Below, in pieces: positions 36,101-50,030 of a stretch of DNA of 64,000 nt. A program made the position numbers and the translations under genes. This DNA comes from Marsupella aquatica (Eukaryota; Plantae; Marchantiophyta). Under the pieces are notes generated by a model. That model had not been told where the DNA came from. It did not search any database and saw only the letters and a program-made list of their open reading frames with translations. The stretch covers positions 15,568,816-15,632,815 of the forward strand of contig OZ316895.1 in NCBI GenBank assembly GCA_973895155.1. The letters run 5' to 3'. Each line of letters starts with the position of its first letter. Position 1 is the stretch's first letter.

Positions 36101-39100
36101 AATTTTCGCTTGCAGCGTCAATGATCGTAGCTTTAGTCTTGGTGGATCAAAGCTAGTATAGTACGGTACTCTCTAAGCTACTACATCAAAGAGGTCCTAT
36201 TGCAGCGGGCGCTGTCAGTTCTACTAAGGTATTGGTTGTCAGATCTGTTAAATTGTAGATTTGAAGCGACATCATCCAGCTCACAAGGAGCCAGCGTAAT
36301 GCAATATGGTTTTCTTGACTGCACAAAGGCAGAGTTTGATCATTACTATCGAATTGATTATCGTCTGTCCTTGTTCACCGTACAGGTAGCAGAGCTCATG
36401 GAGCTAAGGAGCGTCGAAAACCATCTGGTGAAGTCTCTCGGACAAAGTTACTTGACAGCAGCTGAATCCACGAGGCTCAGGATTGCAACTGAACTAGCCC
36501 GCAATGCAAGTATAATGTTTGTCGACTCGCCCACCAAAGACCTTGACGCCAGATCCTCACTTCACATGGTCAAGATCCTGAAGGTATACTTCTGCTTTAA
36601 TGTAATTATGCTCTATTCCTCACTGATCCACGCATCCTCCTTTCAACTGCTCACCAACGTCTCAATAGGGTAGTTGCAAAGTTCAGCCCAGAAGCTATCG
36701 ATAGTTAGTTAAATGCATATGCAGGAATGTGCGGCTTTAGAGGAGCGTTAACAGACATTTGTTAAGATTGAATATGTGTAAGTGAGAGTCTGCACCCAGA
36801 AGGGCCAACTGTAATGGACTTCTGCTCCTGTGGATGGCGTATCTCAATTGCTGCCAGAAAATAGCGGATTCTGGAAGAGTCGTGATAGTGGCGATGCCAA
36901 TGCAAAGCCAGAGAGTGTTGAATTGTTTCTCAGCTGTGCAAATACTTAAGCGTGGCGGAGAGACGGTGTACTGGGGACCCGTCGGCAAAGACGGAGAACT
37001 AATCAAGGTGGGTCTCGTCTTCCACTATCGTCTTAATGCTCCTTGCGGCCTCACCAATAGTCTCTGTTCTGTAAGAATGCGTTTAAAATTATTCGTATCG
37101 AGATGAGGAGATATCTTCGTTGGATAATTGAATTGAATTGAATTGAATTGAGGGTGTGATTGCGGACGATGTCAGTTTTGTTCACTTGGCAAACGTTGTT
37201 CATTGCGGATTCCATGTGCATGGTAGGCCTAGACTTTACATTCTTGTCATAGTGGCTCGTTTATTTTCACCCCTCGTCGTATTCAGTTTATGCATTCCGC
37301 ATTCCAGATTGTACTTCTGTCGTCTGCTTCTGCTCTTGTTGAGCCTCTGTGAAGCTTAGGTCCCTAAAACAGAATGTTCTTTCATCTTGTATTGCAGGGT
37401 TTCTTTGAGTCCATAGCTGGGACGCCCTCCTGTCCTCCCAATATGTGCATCACGACATTCGCCATCGATGTGATTGGAGACGGTGTGCAGGATCGTAAGG
37501 CGATCAAGGACTACGCCTTCGAATACCGAGTGAACGAGCTCGCCCTCCACAACCACATCCAGCTCCAAAGCTTGCGCCGAGGAAAGGAAAAACTCGGCCC
37601 CGAGATCAACAACAGCAGCTTCGGATCGTCCTATTGGACCCGATGCCGACACATTTTCACGAAGCTCCAACTCTTTTACTGGAGAAACGTGGCGTACAGC
37701 TGGGGAAGACTCTTCTCCAGCGTCGTCACGGCCATTCTTTTGGGTTCCATCTTTTGGCAGCAAGATTGGGACACCACGCCGGGGCTGAACACTAAAGCGG
37801 GCGCCATCTTCTTATCCTCCTTGCTGCAATGTATTTCCAATGCGCAGGCTGTGATTCCCCAGGTGAACCTGAACCGCCCCACGTATGCCCGAGAAAAATC
37901 AGCCCGTCAGCTCAATGTCTTCCTCTACTCGATGTCTTGGACGTTCGGAGAAGTACGTACCGGACCACAACCTTAATCTCGTATCTGGACATGTATTTGT
38001 TTTATGGCAGCACGCACTATATAGTTATGTGACTCCCCAACAAAGAAACACCATACGAAATTTGTATAATAAACGGCCAAGCAGAGTATGAACCAAAAAG
38101 GAACACAGTCCAGAGGGGACAGAAGAAAAAACACCTAAGAATCGCCTTTCGTTCTTCAACTAAAGTAATAATTCGATTCAGTTCCTCATGAGTTAGCAAA
38201 GACAAGGAACACGAGGTGCATTCTCTCTGGACCTTTCAACACAAGATGGGACACAAAATGCGCGAACACATTCCGGTGCAGGTGCTCCCTTCATACTACG
38301 CCATACATGCCCGTGGCACAAACTACTGAGCCCAGTCTTTGGTGCTTTTGGACGAGGAGCATTGGTTGTATTTTGGCCATGGAAGCAGGGATCTCTTCGG
38401 AATACTAAAGGGTGATCACAGACCCCAGAAACTGACGTTTACATCTAACAGTATGCTATTTCTGCTTTCGAGAAGCCTTGTGGCCTGTTAAAATGGCGTT
38501 CCAATCGTTCATCTGTCGATTCACTCAACTGAAGTTCTACCAATGGGCTACTCCCTAACTTACCCGTGTCCTGAGTGTGTTCACTCAAAGCGGAGTCTGA
38601 CCTGTGGTGCCAAAGAGCCAGGGAAAAATCTCGAATTTGCACCTGGGGTACACCATTCTAGATCAGCAGTGCCTTCGGCCCTAACGCTTAATTATATTTG
38701 CATTGGATGACACCCTATGCACACTGTCCCTGTGTGATTTCCACTTTTACATTTGTGAAGGCTTCTAGAGAGCCCAAGTACTGATGAATTTTTCTTCTCT
38801 TCCTGCAGATTCCCTACTTGGCCCTATCAACGCTGATGTACGCGGGTATTTTCTGCGGAATGTCGGGCATTGCCACTGGTAACGCCTCTGCTTTCTTCCG
38901 CTACTGGTTCATCCTGTTTGAGTTAACACTGGCTATCACCTTCTTCGGCATGTTCCTCGCCTCAGCAAGTTTTCTGCCCCAGGTACATCTTCCCTTTCTC
39001 CAGCTGATCTATCCGCAACCAGACATTGCAGTAAGCACTTGAGGAGATGCTTTCCTTGCAGTAGTTGTATTTTGAACATCCAGAAGCGGGTTCAGGCAAT

Positions 39101-39604
39101 CAGCACATGACATGCATCACCTGAATCAGGTTGCTCTGATGATTTCTTATTAGTGATCTAGTTTGACTCAAGACTTCAATCTTTTGGTATTGTTTGCAGA
39201 TTGCTGGTACCCTCGTGACCCTCTTTGTTGGGTTCTGGGTGGCAACCAGTGGTGTGGTTGTACCGAAGAGAAAGATTCTCCCTTACTTTATTTGGATCTT
39301 CTGGACCAATCCTCTTCAGTATGCTCTCACTGCTATGACCTCCCTCACTTTCTTCTGCGATACGAGCACACCCGACTGCCTCAATAATGGTCTTAATCCA
39401 GCGTGCTTAACGAGCGCAGCAGCATGCCCGCAATGTCATTGTCAACGGTTGAAGGATACTGGAAGGTTTGCCTGGATCACAATCAAAGGCACCCGGAGTC
39501 TAGACTACAGCAATATCAAATACGATATTCTCATACTCTTGGGCTTCATAGTTCTCTTTCGACTGGCCACCTTCGCGGTCTGGAGATATCATAGCAGAAA
39601 GTAA
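30116..39604 (+). CDS. Full-size ABCG/PDR-like protein (NBD1-PDZ-like-TMD1-NBD2-TMD2), about 1694 aa, 17 coding exons
   Basis: Exons: 30116-30967, 31316-31390, 31610-31718, 31899-32556, 32796-32994, 33148-33438, 33611-33742, 33988-34242, 34494-34668, 34938-35332, 35458-35707, 35830-36041, 36386-36583, 36858-37007, 37398-37952, 38809-38982, 39200-39604. All introns are GT-AG and the total of 5085 nt is in frame. PDR hallmarks include LTVRETLEYA, VFDLFDRIILL..VYQGPR, ERKVYYKQ, WIWAYYLDPLQW, LVGATGAGKT, ILVNGYPK..FARVSGYV and ILKRGGETVYWGP. Confidence 0.9.
33148..33438 (+). other. PDZ-like domain encoded by exon 6 of the ABCG gene
   Basis: 97 aa: PPLGVTF (GLGF-loop-like), MVASISEKGG, TLRAGDEVVAVGG and IRLQLERP, in PDZ strand order. 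The exon is phase 0-0. Confidence 0.65.
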
Positions 39605-41056
39605 AAGGCATCGTAAATATGATATATGTACGACTCTCAAATTATATATATCTGAAGTTAAGCTCGTTCAGCTGTCATCAATTGAAATTCTCACCATTTC
39701 CATTCTGTCTGATTGTAATCATTTTTAGTAAATTCAAACCCGCATCTGGAAAAGAGTATGGGAAAACGAGTCTTCTATGCCTCATTTAGAGTGAATTCGA
39801 TTTTTGGTGATGATTAAGTACGCTCATATTTTCGAGCACCTCGTATGTCATGCACATGGCATCACTCCCCTCTTGGGCTACTCAGTTTAGCGAAGTGTGG
39901 ATCTGCAAGTGTCGTTCTGAGGACACTTGCAGATGCCTTTGCAGAATATCTAGGTATTGAAGCTTATTGGCTGTTTGACCGGTTACTAAAAAAAATTTGA
40001 AGCATGTTGTTTTCATTTCCTTGAATCATCTATCTCATACTGTTGTTTTTAACTGCTTGTTGGCCCAAATTAGTTCAGAACTCGGTCACTCAGCGTTGTT
40101 ATCAGTCTCTGGCAAGCTCTGGTGAGTTGAGGTTTAAGGCTACAGATATATATTGGTTACTCGGATTGTTGTCCAATCGAGCTCTGGCAAACAAGCCCCT
40201 GAATCCCACAGAAAAAGGCAATCTGAATCACAGCCTCGATCAAGTTAAATTTCATTTCTAGGGTCGTAGCTCAGAAGAAGCAAAGTGGCAGAGGCATCTG
40301 CCCGAGAACTATGCTGACTGAGCAAGACCAAATGGCGCTATACAGTTCCAAATAAGGTAATTCTCGATTTCTCACCACGCATTCCAAACAGAAAATTCGT
40401 AGTAGGCAACTTCTTAAAAAGTGTAAGCTTTACAGACAGGGCTATACCCTGGATTTTTTTGCTACAAGAATTAGGACAGCCGCAGGAAGAGTCGAGATAA
40501 TGGTTACGCGTGGAGAGTCCACAGACGAGAAACAAGGTCACAGTAATGCAAGCCAATTCATAACCCCTTGGCGCTTGGAGGACATATCCGGCACCGTGAT
40601 GAGTCATGAGGGCGATAATTATAAACTGTTGAACACATCGCAACAAATCACAAACTTATAAGTTACCGAAATTCAGATATTTTCCTGCGTTGATTGAGAA
40701 AAAGGTGAAGGTTGTAACTTGTTCGTCTTACTACTCTTATGAATAGAGGTAAAATTTCTGCAAGCCACTTAGCAGGTGTGGACTTGTCTCGCGTTTACGT
40801 CAGCATTTCAAGTCCGATTCCATGGCGCGATTGTCATTGACAATTGCAATGGTATTTTCATGATTTTCTTCGTGCTTCAATTAACAAATACTGACCGAAA
40901 AGGAAGAAATACTCACTGGAAATCAAATTGACAACGAACAGAATCCACTGCAATTGTTGGTTGACTAGAGGACATCGTCAAGAAAAGAGGATCCGATTTC
41001 ATGTCTACTAACTGCGCGTTTAGGAGGGACACTAAAAGGAACTTATTTTGTGCAGT

Positions 41057-42688
41057 TCACACGACCAGAATGTTGTAGTTTTTGGATATCTTACACGGTG
41101 TAGGTGGTGGTCTGGGGCAATGCTTTCCAAAAACTTTGTTCAGCACGTTACCAGAGCAGAGTGACACTTTCATCAACTGCAACACCTGCGCATCCACGCC
41201 ACTTTGCAATTACAAGGGAGACAAAATTATCGGTTGCGAAAGGAACTGCGTGGTAATAAGGTAACTAAACATAAGGGGTACGACTAGGAAGAAACTCTGC
41301 TTCCTAAACCCTAACTCTTTGGGAATGGTTAGGGGAAAAATTCGCGTCAGTGACCGGGAAATAAGCCAGTCTGATCACACCAGTTTCATTGATTAACTGT
41401 GATTTACTGTCAAGCTTCGGTCTACAGCACGCTAGGGCATATATTTCTGGCAACACGACTCGTCAGGATCGGGTTTCTCTATCCGAGAGGCAAAGGGGAG
41501 GAGATCCCCACTAAGATGCTGACCAACTGGCATCAGCAGCCAGGAGAAGAAGACCTGTTAAAACAAAGGATCGTCGGTAAGCACAGGGGAGATAACTCTC
41601 TACAGCCAACCTTGATCCTAAGTAATACGGTAAGATCCATGGCGATTGCATACACCAATTTGTTCTTCCTTACTGCCTGATTCTGCATTCGATATTGAGG
41701 TGAAGGTGTCACAGTGAAGAGAGACGCTACCGTCCATTGTTTTCTCAGAATGAAAAATTTCGCAAGATCTCACCTAAATCAGTCCCATCGATAGGATGGC
41801 CAGGTGGACTTCCATGGTGCAAACCTAATATCTTGTAACTGGGGATGAAGATGAGTTTTAAAGTGTGACAAACTGACATACCTCTTCGGCACCAACAAGT
41901 ATCTCCATGTTATCCAAGTCGCTAACTCGCTCGGATTTCAGCATGCTGAGGTGCATCAAGCTTTTGATAGCAGAGCTCGGATAGATCTCTAACGTGTTAG
42001 TGATTATAAACTGGCCTTCCTTTGCATAGCCTGTGTAGGCATTCGGGTCTCCTTCTAGCTCCTCTTCGTCCACGGTCTTGCATGGAGTGTCCATCTTTCG
42101 TTTGTGTCGAGGACATTTGGCACCTTGCATGGGACAAAGGAAGTTACAAGCAATTCCACAGCAGAAGTAGTCGGTCGGCTTGTCCTTCTTGACCGTCTGT
42201 GGAAACACTGGCAAAACTTTACCACCGAATGCAGCAATGGGTCTTGGATCCAACACCAGCGTCTTGTCTACACAGAAATATGTGTCTTCCATCTTTGCCA
42301 CGCTCTCGCAAAGGTTGGCAATGCTAGTCAAAGGGGGAGCCTCTTCCCTTTTATCTCTAAGATGGTACAGCCTGCCATCCTTAGAATGGCTGGAGCTAAC
42401 ACTCTGAGCTTTGATAAGTCCAAGCTTTTCCTCTACGCTCGATACAGCTTGGGGCTCGAGGAGAGATCCCTCCATTAAGAGCTTGACGATACAGCCCAAT
42501 GGCAGAGTGAGAAAACCCAACAACAAGTCGACAAAGTCTTTACCTGTTTCGATGCACAGCACTTGCCCAGTGACTTTGCTGTACAGAAGTGTCACCCTGA
42601 GGCCTTCTGCCTCCAAACCGTTCAAGGATCCTGAAGTGTGGCTTGGACATGGACATTGGGATGCTAGGTCGTTGCTATCTGTCACCAT
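41057..42688 (-). CDS. DUF674 family protein, 311 aa, 2 exons
   Basis: Exon 42688-41882 (VLCIETGKDFVDLLLGFLTLPLGCIVKLL; GYAKEGQFIITNTLEIYPSS), GT-AG intron 41881-41186, exon 41185-41057 (VLQLMKVSLCSGNVLNKVFG, typical family C-terminus, TGA). Confidence 0.85.
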
Positions 42689-45285
42689 TATGCGTCGTTT
42701 GCCCGACCGCTAGGAGAATTCCCCAATTTTGCGCGAAGACTTGAAGCAAGATTAGTGAGCGAAATTCTAAATCCAGCGAATTGCAGAAACAAGGATCCTT
42801 GTCATCACAGAGAGCTTGCAATTGAAAGAAATTCACGAACCCTAAGGCTTCTATTCCTCTACTCTTGCGCCCAGCCCTGCAACAATCGTCCACCCAAGGT
42901 ATTGTAAAATCGGCAATTTTATTTCGTAATGTAAACTTACGTGTCGTGAAGGTGTTGAACCCTGCGAGTTGTTATGGAGATCAATGAGCTCATTACATTG
43001 TTTAAGGGACAAAGCGTACAGAGATTGGATCCATCCCATGATAGTTTAAAGACACTCTTCCAATGTCCCTCCCAGGACAGCCAGAGACGTCCGCTGCCCC
43101 TTTGCCATGTCGTCATGATCCATCAGAATTTCTAACGGTCAAGTTGAACGCAGGAAATTGGCTGAACAGCTATGCATAAATTGATGACGTTCCTTCGATA
43201 ATCCAAGAACTATTCGCTAAATAACGAGCACGGCAGCTCCGTTAGGATGGAATTGGGTTTTCAGCTAAATATGTTGAGGAACCAATGGCATAATGCCACT
43301 GTCATGCTAACGCCCGTCCATAGGCTAGGGCAAAGAAATAAGGCTGGGATAGGAGGACCAGAACGAGTGCGGATTTGCCAAACGTCGACAGTGACCGAGA
43401 ACTGCGGAGAGGTGCAGCTTCTCTAATGGCCGTGCATTAGCAGCAAAGCAGAAGCACAGCCCAAGCGGCAAGCCCAGCCGACGTTGTTGAGCACTGTTAG
43501 TACACGAACTAATGAATAGTGCGCTTAATTAGGTTCGCTAGCAATGCTACGTACAAAGAAAGAACTTCCTGGCTCTCTCCCAAACCTTTATTTCCTTGGC
43601 TCCACAATTTCTCGATTTCAATTGCATCTCTGTACTATGCAGAACGAATTGGAGGAGATGACCTCATAAAAATTACGGCCCATTTCCAAATCCCCACCAG
43701 AAGGAGACGAGCTCCGAATGGATTCCATCGACTCGCAAACAAAAGACATTCAGACCTACAAAATGGAATTCCTCCGACCGCAAGAGACCCATCAATGCCG
43801 CCATAGTCAATGAGTTCGGCATCGACTTGCTTCAGAGCCAGAGGAATGCGACACAGAGCACAACATTCGAGTCAAGAGGAGGTGAAGACGAAGGGATCTG
43901 TGTCCGTTAGCATGCGGCATGCACGTACACAGCCCACGACACGAGAGGAGTCGAGAAGCAAAGAGCGGACAAGATAATGAATTTACCGGACCAAAATCCT
44001 ACAAGAGAAAGCATCACATGTGGAACGACCGCTTAGCCAGTCTTCCAGAAGTGGCGCCCAGGGACAGCGCTGACAGATCCATATCATCAATGGAATCTTT
44101 CCAAGGAGAACCAGGTAGCTCGATAACAACGAATATTTTGAAATTCACTTATTAACAGCTCATTATGAAGGCACAGTACCTCTACAACCAGCATGGTAGA
44201 GTAGATCGTCTTGTTGCGGCCCCGAATCAATGAATACTTGTAGGACAGGGCACAGAGAGGCAAGGTGCCAATGTGGTCAAATAATCCTAAGAAATCAGTC
44301 CACTTTGATTAACTGATCTGTGGAATCAGATTCTCAGCGGCATGATCATGTCAGCACCTGTGGTGAGAGTCCCTAGTAGTGTATTTACGTCGGGCGACTG
44401 CTGAATCGAGTAATTGGATCCTCTTGCCCTGAAGTGAATTGAATAGAGGTTGCTTAATTAGATAAACGATGAAAAGGGTGCACTCACGAAAACCAAACAA
44501 TATTGCTGCATCTATTCGAAAAGGCATGACTAAGTAGCGTCTTGAGAGACAGAGAAACAGCGAATCGAATTTAGTCATACCCATTAATTTACTTCGGTTC
44601 GCATGCGACTGTGGGTATACTAGGTTGGTAAGCTCTACTGTGATGAGATGATTTCAAACTTTTTTACGGTAGTTATGAAGTCAACTTGATCTGCCAAACT
44701 CCAGTAACGAGTGAACAAGCTTGCACTTCAACCAGTGTTTGGTTTGGACACCCCATTTCTCCAAGCTAGATCTCCTTCTCGACAGAATTATGCCCCTAAA
44801 ATTTATACTGGCCTTGAGGCCGCAGATCCCGGTACTTGCTACGAACTTTACATTCTTTCCGTTAAGAGTGCACTTGAGCAGCCACCTCTGACCCGCACTG
44901 TCAATTCTGGGCTTGACATGAGACATATAATCCCTGCCGACAGATTCTTTGTTCCTGTCCTTTGCCACCTATAACAGACATTCACTTGAAACATTTACCC
45001 GGAATTTCCAACCTTCTGTTCATTTTCTTCACTCGATTTGGAACTCAGCCATAGGTACCTTCTTTCCATGCAATAAGCCGTTTTCCTTCACCAGGGTATT
45101 TACTGACGCATTCATTGATCCGCACAGGATTGAAAGCAAAGGCGCGGGAGATCAAGTACGTGACCAAATTTGAACGAAAAGGAGGGTGTTGCTAAACGAA
45201 GCTTGACCGTAGAAACCTTTCATAATTGCTTGAATCCCTCCCCTAGCTTGTAGTTCTTCGGCCCGGAACCGCTGCACCAAAAAGA

Positions 45286-46128
45286 ATGGATCGTGACCGG
45301 GACCAACAATCAGCCAGCTCAGTCGGTGCAGCCGATGGCTTTTGCTTCTTCAGCAGTAGAGCAAACAGCATGCGAGGCAGCACTCCGAGCAGTGAAAGCG
45401 ATGCCAAGATGTCGTCGACGGGAGTCGGAGAAAAATGCTTAGCAGTGACACTGATGTTCAGCACTCACAGGAACGGCAACAACGTGCTCTTTCTCGAAGC
45501 AGGCAAGGACTTCGTCGACATTCTCTTGAGTTTCCTCACTCTCCCCATGGGCGGCATCATCAAGCTCCTTTCCTCATACGGCGGTGGAAGCCATCGCACC
45601 ACCGGGCTACTCGAAGAGGAGGCCATCTTCAAGATCTACAACAGCGTGGACAGAATGGAGGACGAGAGGTTTTGCGCCAGCAAGAAATCGCTTCTGGACC
45701 CACAGGAGGCCTCCGGATTCGGAAGCAAGCTGCTGCAGAGCGATGATCAGGAGCAGCAATTGCCCTCCTCTTCCGCATCACACAGCAATTGCGGTGACAA
45801 TTCTTACTATTCGTGTGGGATGGTGCCGCACTGCGTTTGCATCACGAAGAAGGTGGGACGGAGGTGCCCGAGGCATGGACGCAAGATGCAGACTCTTTGC
45901 AAATTTGTGGAGGTGAAGGGGAGCAAACCCAACAACAATAACAACAATAATCTTAGGCCTGATCCGGACACGATGGGAATGGGGTACGTCAAGGATGTTG
46001 GAAGATTTTATGTGACGGACAACATGACGATCTACCCGGCCTCCAAGTCTTTGGCACTTCTACAGAAGCTGAAGGTGGAGAGAATGAGCCTGCTCAGTAG
46101 CCTTGACCTCTTCATTGGCATGGATGAG
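45286..46128 (+). CDS. DUF674 family protein, exon 1; exon 2 not located
   Basis: VLFLEAGKDFVDILLSFLTLPMGGIIKLL and GYVKDVGRFYVTDNMTIYP. A GT donor follows GMDE at 46129, the same position as the intron in the paralog. Unspliced read-through stops at 46245. Confidence 0.8.
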
Positions 46129-46136
46129 GTTACAAG

Positions 46137-46140
<4 letters not shown>

Positions 46141-46186
<46 letters not shown>
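46141..46186. repeat. (CT)n microsatellite in the DUF674 intron
   Basis: Direct reading; it produces the SLSLSL and ERERER ORF artefacts. Confidence 0.9.
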
Positions 46187-46189
<3 letters not shown>

Positions 46190-49100
46190 ATCCCTTTGAA
46201 AATTGGTTTTTCTTGTCTCCTGGGATTGGTTTTTCCTTTATATAGTCTGATTACCTGTTCCTTGAACTTAAATAGATATGGAGAAAAACAAACTTGCATA
46301 ATAAAATTTCTATGATATTCAGTGAATCTTTGTCCCATCCTTGTTTTTTGTTCACTCTCATTTCAATTTTGTCTATCCTTATTTAAAGTTTTTTTATTGA
46401 TACTCATAATCATTTTTGTCTATATTAAGGGTTAAGGTCTAGAGGTTTCACCCTAGGCCCTCAAGAGTATACTTTGTTCGCACTTTTATAGTAAAAGCTT
46501 CACTCTAGACCCTAGGCCCTTAAGACTTAGTAGACTTCTTTTGCGCTTTTATAGTAAGATAAGTTCATGGTGAATACCCCACAGAGAGAACAAGGAGCCT
46601 ACAAAGACAGGCCCAAAAAGAATTGGATTGTCTTTTTTTCTTTCTATGGAAAAATTAGCCTAGAACCTAGAACGTTAAATCTTTTTAGGAAATTGATCCA
46701 TGAATGTAGAGACCATTTGTTGTGGCACAAGTGGAAAGTTAAATCTTTGGGGAATGGTCAAATATGTATACCCCACTCATTTGTAGCAAGTGGCATGATG
46801 TTTGATTTTGTTGTTTGGGTTTGGAAGCTTTGTGAACTCTTACATCCTTGGATGTGCTGGAAAGGATATATGTTAGAATCACAACATTTATCAACAATTG
46901 ATGGCACTACTACTACCTGAGCTCTCTAGAGTTTGGCACAGGCACATGAGAGCAGCTGTAAAAGTGAGAGATTACCCAAGTTTACTTGGTTCCCACTGTT
47001 ACTTGGTTCAGTTACAGAGTTAGGAGCGCGGTTGCAAGTGCACTAAAGTTTCCAACACACAAATGAAGGTCGAGATGTGGACATTTGGGCTAGGGTGTAC
47101 TACTATCCATTCCAAGGATGCAAAGTTAATAGTTCTCAATCTTTCCTTGGAAATAGTTCCCAATCTTTATATTCCAAAGTTTCAAAGGCATCCGTTACTA
47201 ACAAGTAAATGCATTACATGGCGCAAGTTGGGACCCAAAACAGGGAAAAATGCCAAAAAGCGAATAAGCATAAGATGCATCCACTATGTTTCCAGTGGTA
47301 GAGCATGCAGCAAAGTTGCTCAGAAAGTTAAAGCTAGTCACCCAGCTGAGCATGAAAGTGAATCGGCATTGCAAGGCAATCCTCCTAGCAACATCCCACC
47401 TCATTTGAGCTGACTGACTTTAATTGAGAGTAGAACAATCCTTTTCATACTAAACACAACCATGCAGAACCGTTCAAACTGGTACCCCTCTCGGTACCCC
47501 TTGCCTTTTAAGACAAATGACCAATCAAAATAGATACTATATACAATAAAAATTAAGAATTGTATTCCATAACAATATGTCATTATTTATGGTTATTGTA
47601 GATGCCAGTATTTGGGAACAGCATGAAGAAGCTCTTATTTGGTGACAGTGCACCATGCATTGATCTGATGTCTTACTATATGATTGGTACAGATTTTGAA
47701 GTTGTTGAAAGCATCACTTGTGTCCACTACTGTCTTGCAAGATGTTTTTGGACGACTAGTTCGAGAAAGGTATGTCATGCTCGCTTGCCAAACCTAACCA
47801 GGTCAAAAGTTAACATTATGCATCCCTGTATAACCAATTGAAACAGTATGCTTCACACTCAACAGATTCCAACCTCTTGTATTTAGCATTATTAATTAAT
47901 GGCACAACGATCTTAATGTGGTGATGCAAATCTGCAGTACGTCACATCTCCAAAAGTAGGTGTGGTAGTATTACGAAATGATTTTGAACAAGCCCTGTTA
48001 ACAATATGAAACAACTCATAATTAATGATGAATTTGCAAAACTTTGCAGGTTGCCACCCCCTCTTCCACCTCCTCCTAGTAATCCTTCTTCACTTGTTTC
48101 AACCCCGGTTTCAACCTTGATTACAACCCCGGTGTCAACATCTACCAATAGTTTTGATGATGTAGCTGCATTTGCACATGACAGAACCAGACCTAAATAT
48201 GATGATTATTTCCCAAGACCTAAGAGTTTGCTGTTTTTGTAGTCTATTAGAGTCTATACATAAACTCTTCTACATGTCTGAAAAAGCTTACATTCTTGGT
48301 TGAGCTCTTATATGTTCAAGCATAGAGCCATTCCAAGTGAATAACTCTGATTTTGGCATTCCATGCCAGAATCTCCTAAAAATGTTCAGGATTTTGGCTT
48401 TCCTGTATGGATTAAAAAATCCAAGTGGAAGTCAACAATCATTGTTCACCTAGCCTAAATAACTTCCTAACTGTTGCACACTTTGGACCATGTCTTCGTC
48501 CATTTTAGTCTGGTCAACTTAAGTTAGGTTCATGTCTTCCTAGTAGCACGTGTATAAGGAGAACTGATAAGGACACAACTTAAAATTGTTTGTTAAAAAA
48601 CGGGGAACCCTGCTGACTTGGACAACCACGCACCTGGCTGAGATGCTTAAGGAGGGGGAAGGGGGGAAGCCAACTTGAATTGGTGCAATATATTATGCTA
48701 TGGATATAGCTCTATCTTTCCAAACACTAAAATCCCTAGCTTAGCTATCAATATAGTGAATCCCTGGTAGTAAAATATTTAAATCTTAATTGATTTTGAG
48801 ATGAACTAAAACAGCTCAATTCTAGTCCGTGTCTATTTTGACCAGATTTATTGGTTTATTGCAGAATATTGCAAGATGAAGAGCGTTTACAATATAGGCC
48901 TAAGAAACTTAATTCAGACTCAATGCGTAGGCTCAATCCAGCTTTGTATGATTGTCCAGTACAATGTCGTCATGATACATTACAAGGTATGCCATCAAAC
49001 TGCAGTTGTATAAAACAGAGTGTGGACAAGCAATGGTCTCATCAAGATAGACCTATTTCTGCCCCAACTTCACAAAGGGCTCAGCCTTTATCCATGCCTT

Positions 49101-49861
49101 TTGTGTCAACAAAGTTCAATTCAAAAAATGCCTTTGATTTTTCAACCAGTACTCAAAGGAGTCTTATGAGGCCAGGTTCGTTGCAAAATAGAACTAAACA
49201 GAGTTATTCTTACAAACAAATCCATTATGGAAATGGTAATGAGGAACAAAGGTTAGAGGCACGGATGAGTGAGATGACCTAAATTGGACAAACCTGAAAG
49301 GCAACCTTAGTTCTTAATGACATGAGTTTTTTGGATATAGACAGTCATTGTTTGTGATTGAAGATTGACCCTGTCACGTAAAGACATAAAACATTTTGCA
49401 AATTTGGACTTTTTTTTGGTTTTTTTGTCGTTTAAGTAAGTACAAATAAAAAATGTATAATTTTCTTAGCCAAACAACCTGGTACTCTTAGAATTAAACT
49501 GTAAATATTAGTTAAAAGTCCACAATTCAAAAGTTTCCTAAAACTTCCCTTATACTACTTGAAAATTAAAAGTTCAGTGGTGCAATGATATAATAAATTG
49601 CTAAACAAGACTGGTGGTAATTGCGCAAAGCCTCATATGAAGGCTCCATCCTAGTAACTTAAGTAACTACAATCCTCGTAATTATATACTAGGTGGCATT
49701 CTCAAAATTCCCGTTCAAGATAAGACGTTTGGCATCAACTCATTCTTGTTTGGACTTTGCTTGCCATTCGTCTATCTTGGCCTCACTCCTGCCCGGATCC
49801 CCCCTCAGCATTAGCATCTTTCTTGATGACACAACTTTTGTATCCACAACCCATTTGCAAG

Positions 49862-50030
49862 AATAACACTCTCAGCAACAACAACGCTTCCCTTAACAGT
49901 AAAGCTTCTTCAATAATATCACTTTTTGCAATGACAACACATTCAATAATAACACTCTCAGCAACAACAACATTTCCCTTAACAATAATTAAACCTTCTT
50001 CAATAATATCACTTTTTGCAATGACACACT
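49862..50030. repeat. ~87-90-bp tandem duplication (CAA/ACA-rich)
   Basis: AATAACACTCTCAGCAACAACAAC..CTTCTTCAATAATATCACTTTTTGCAATGACA occurs twice. Confidence 0.8.

Noticed and set aside
41399-41680. Alternative last exon for the minus-strand DUF674 gene
   Set aside because: Exon 41185-41057 matches the family C-terminus in phase; candidates here do not.
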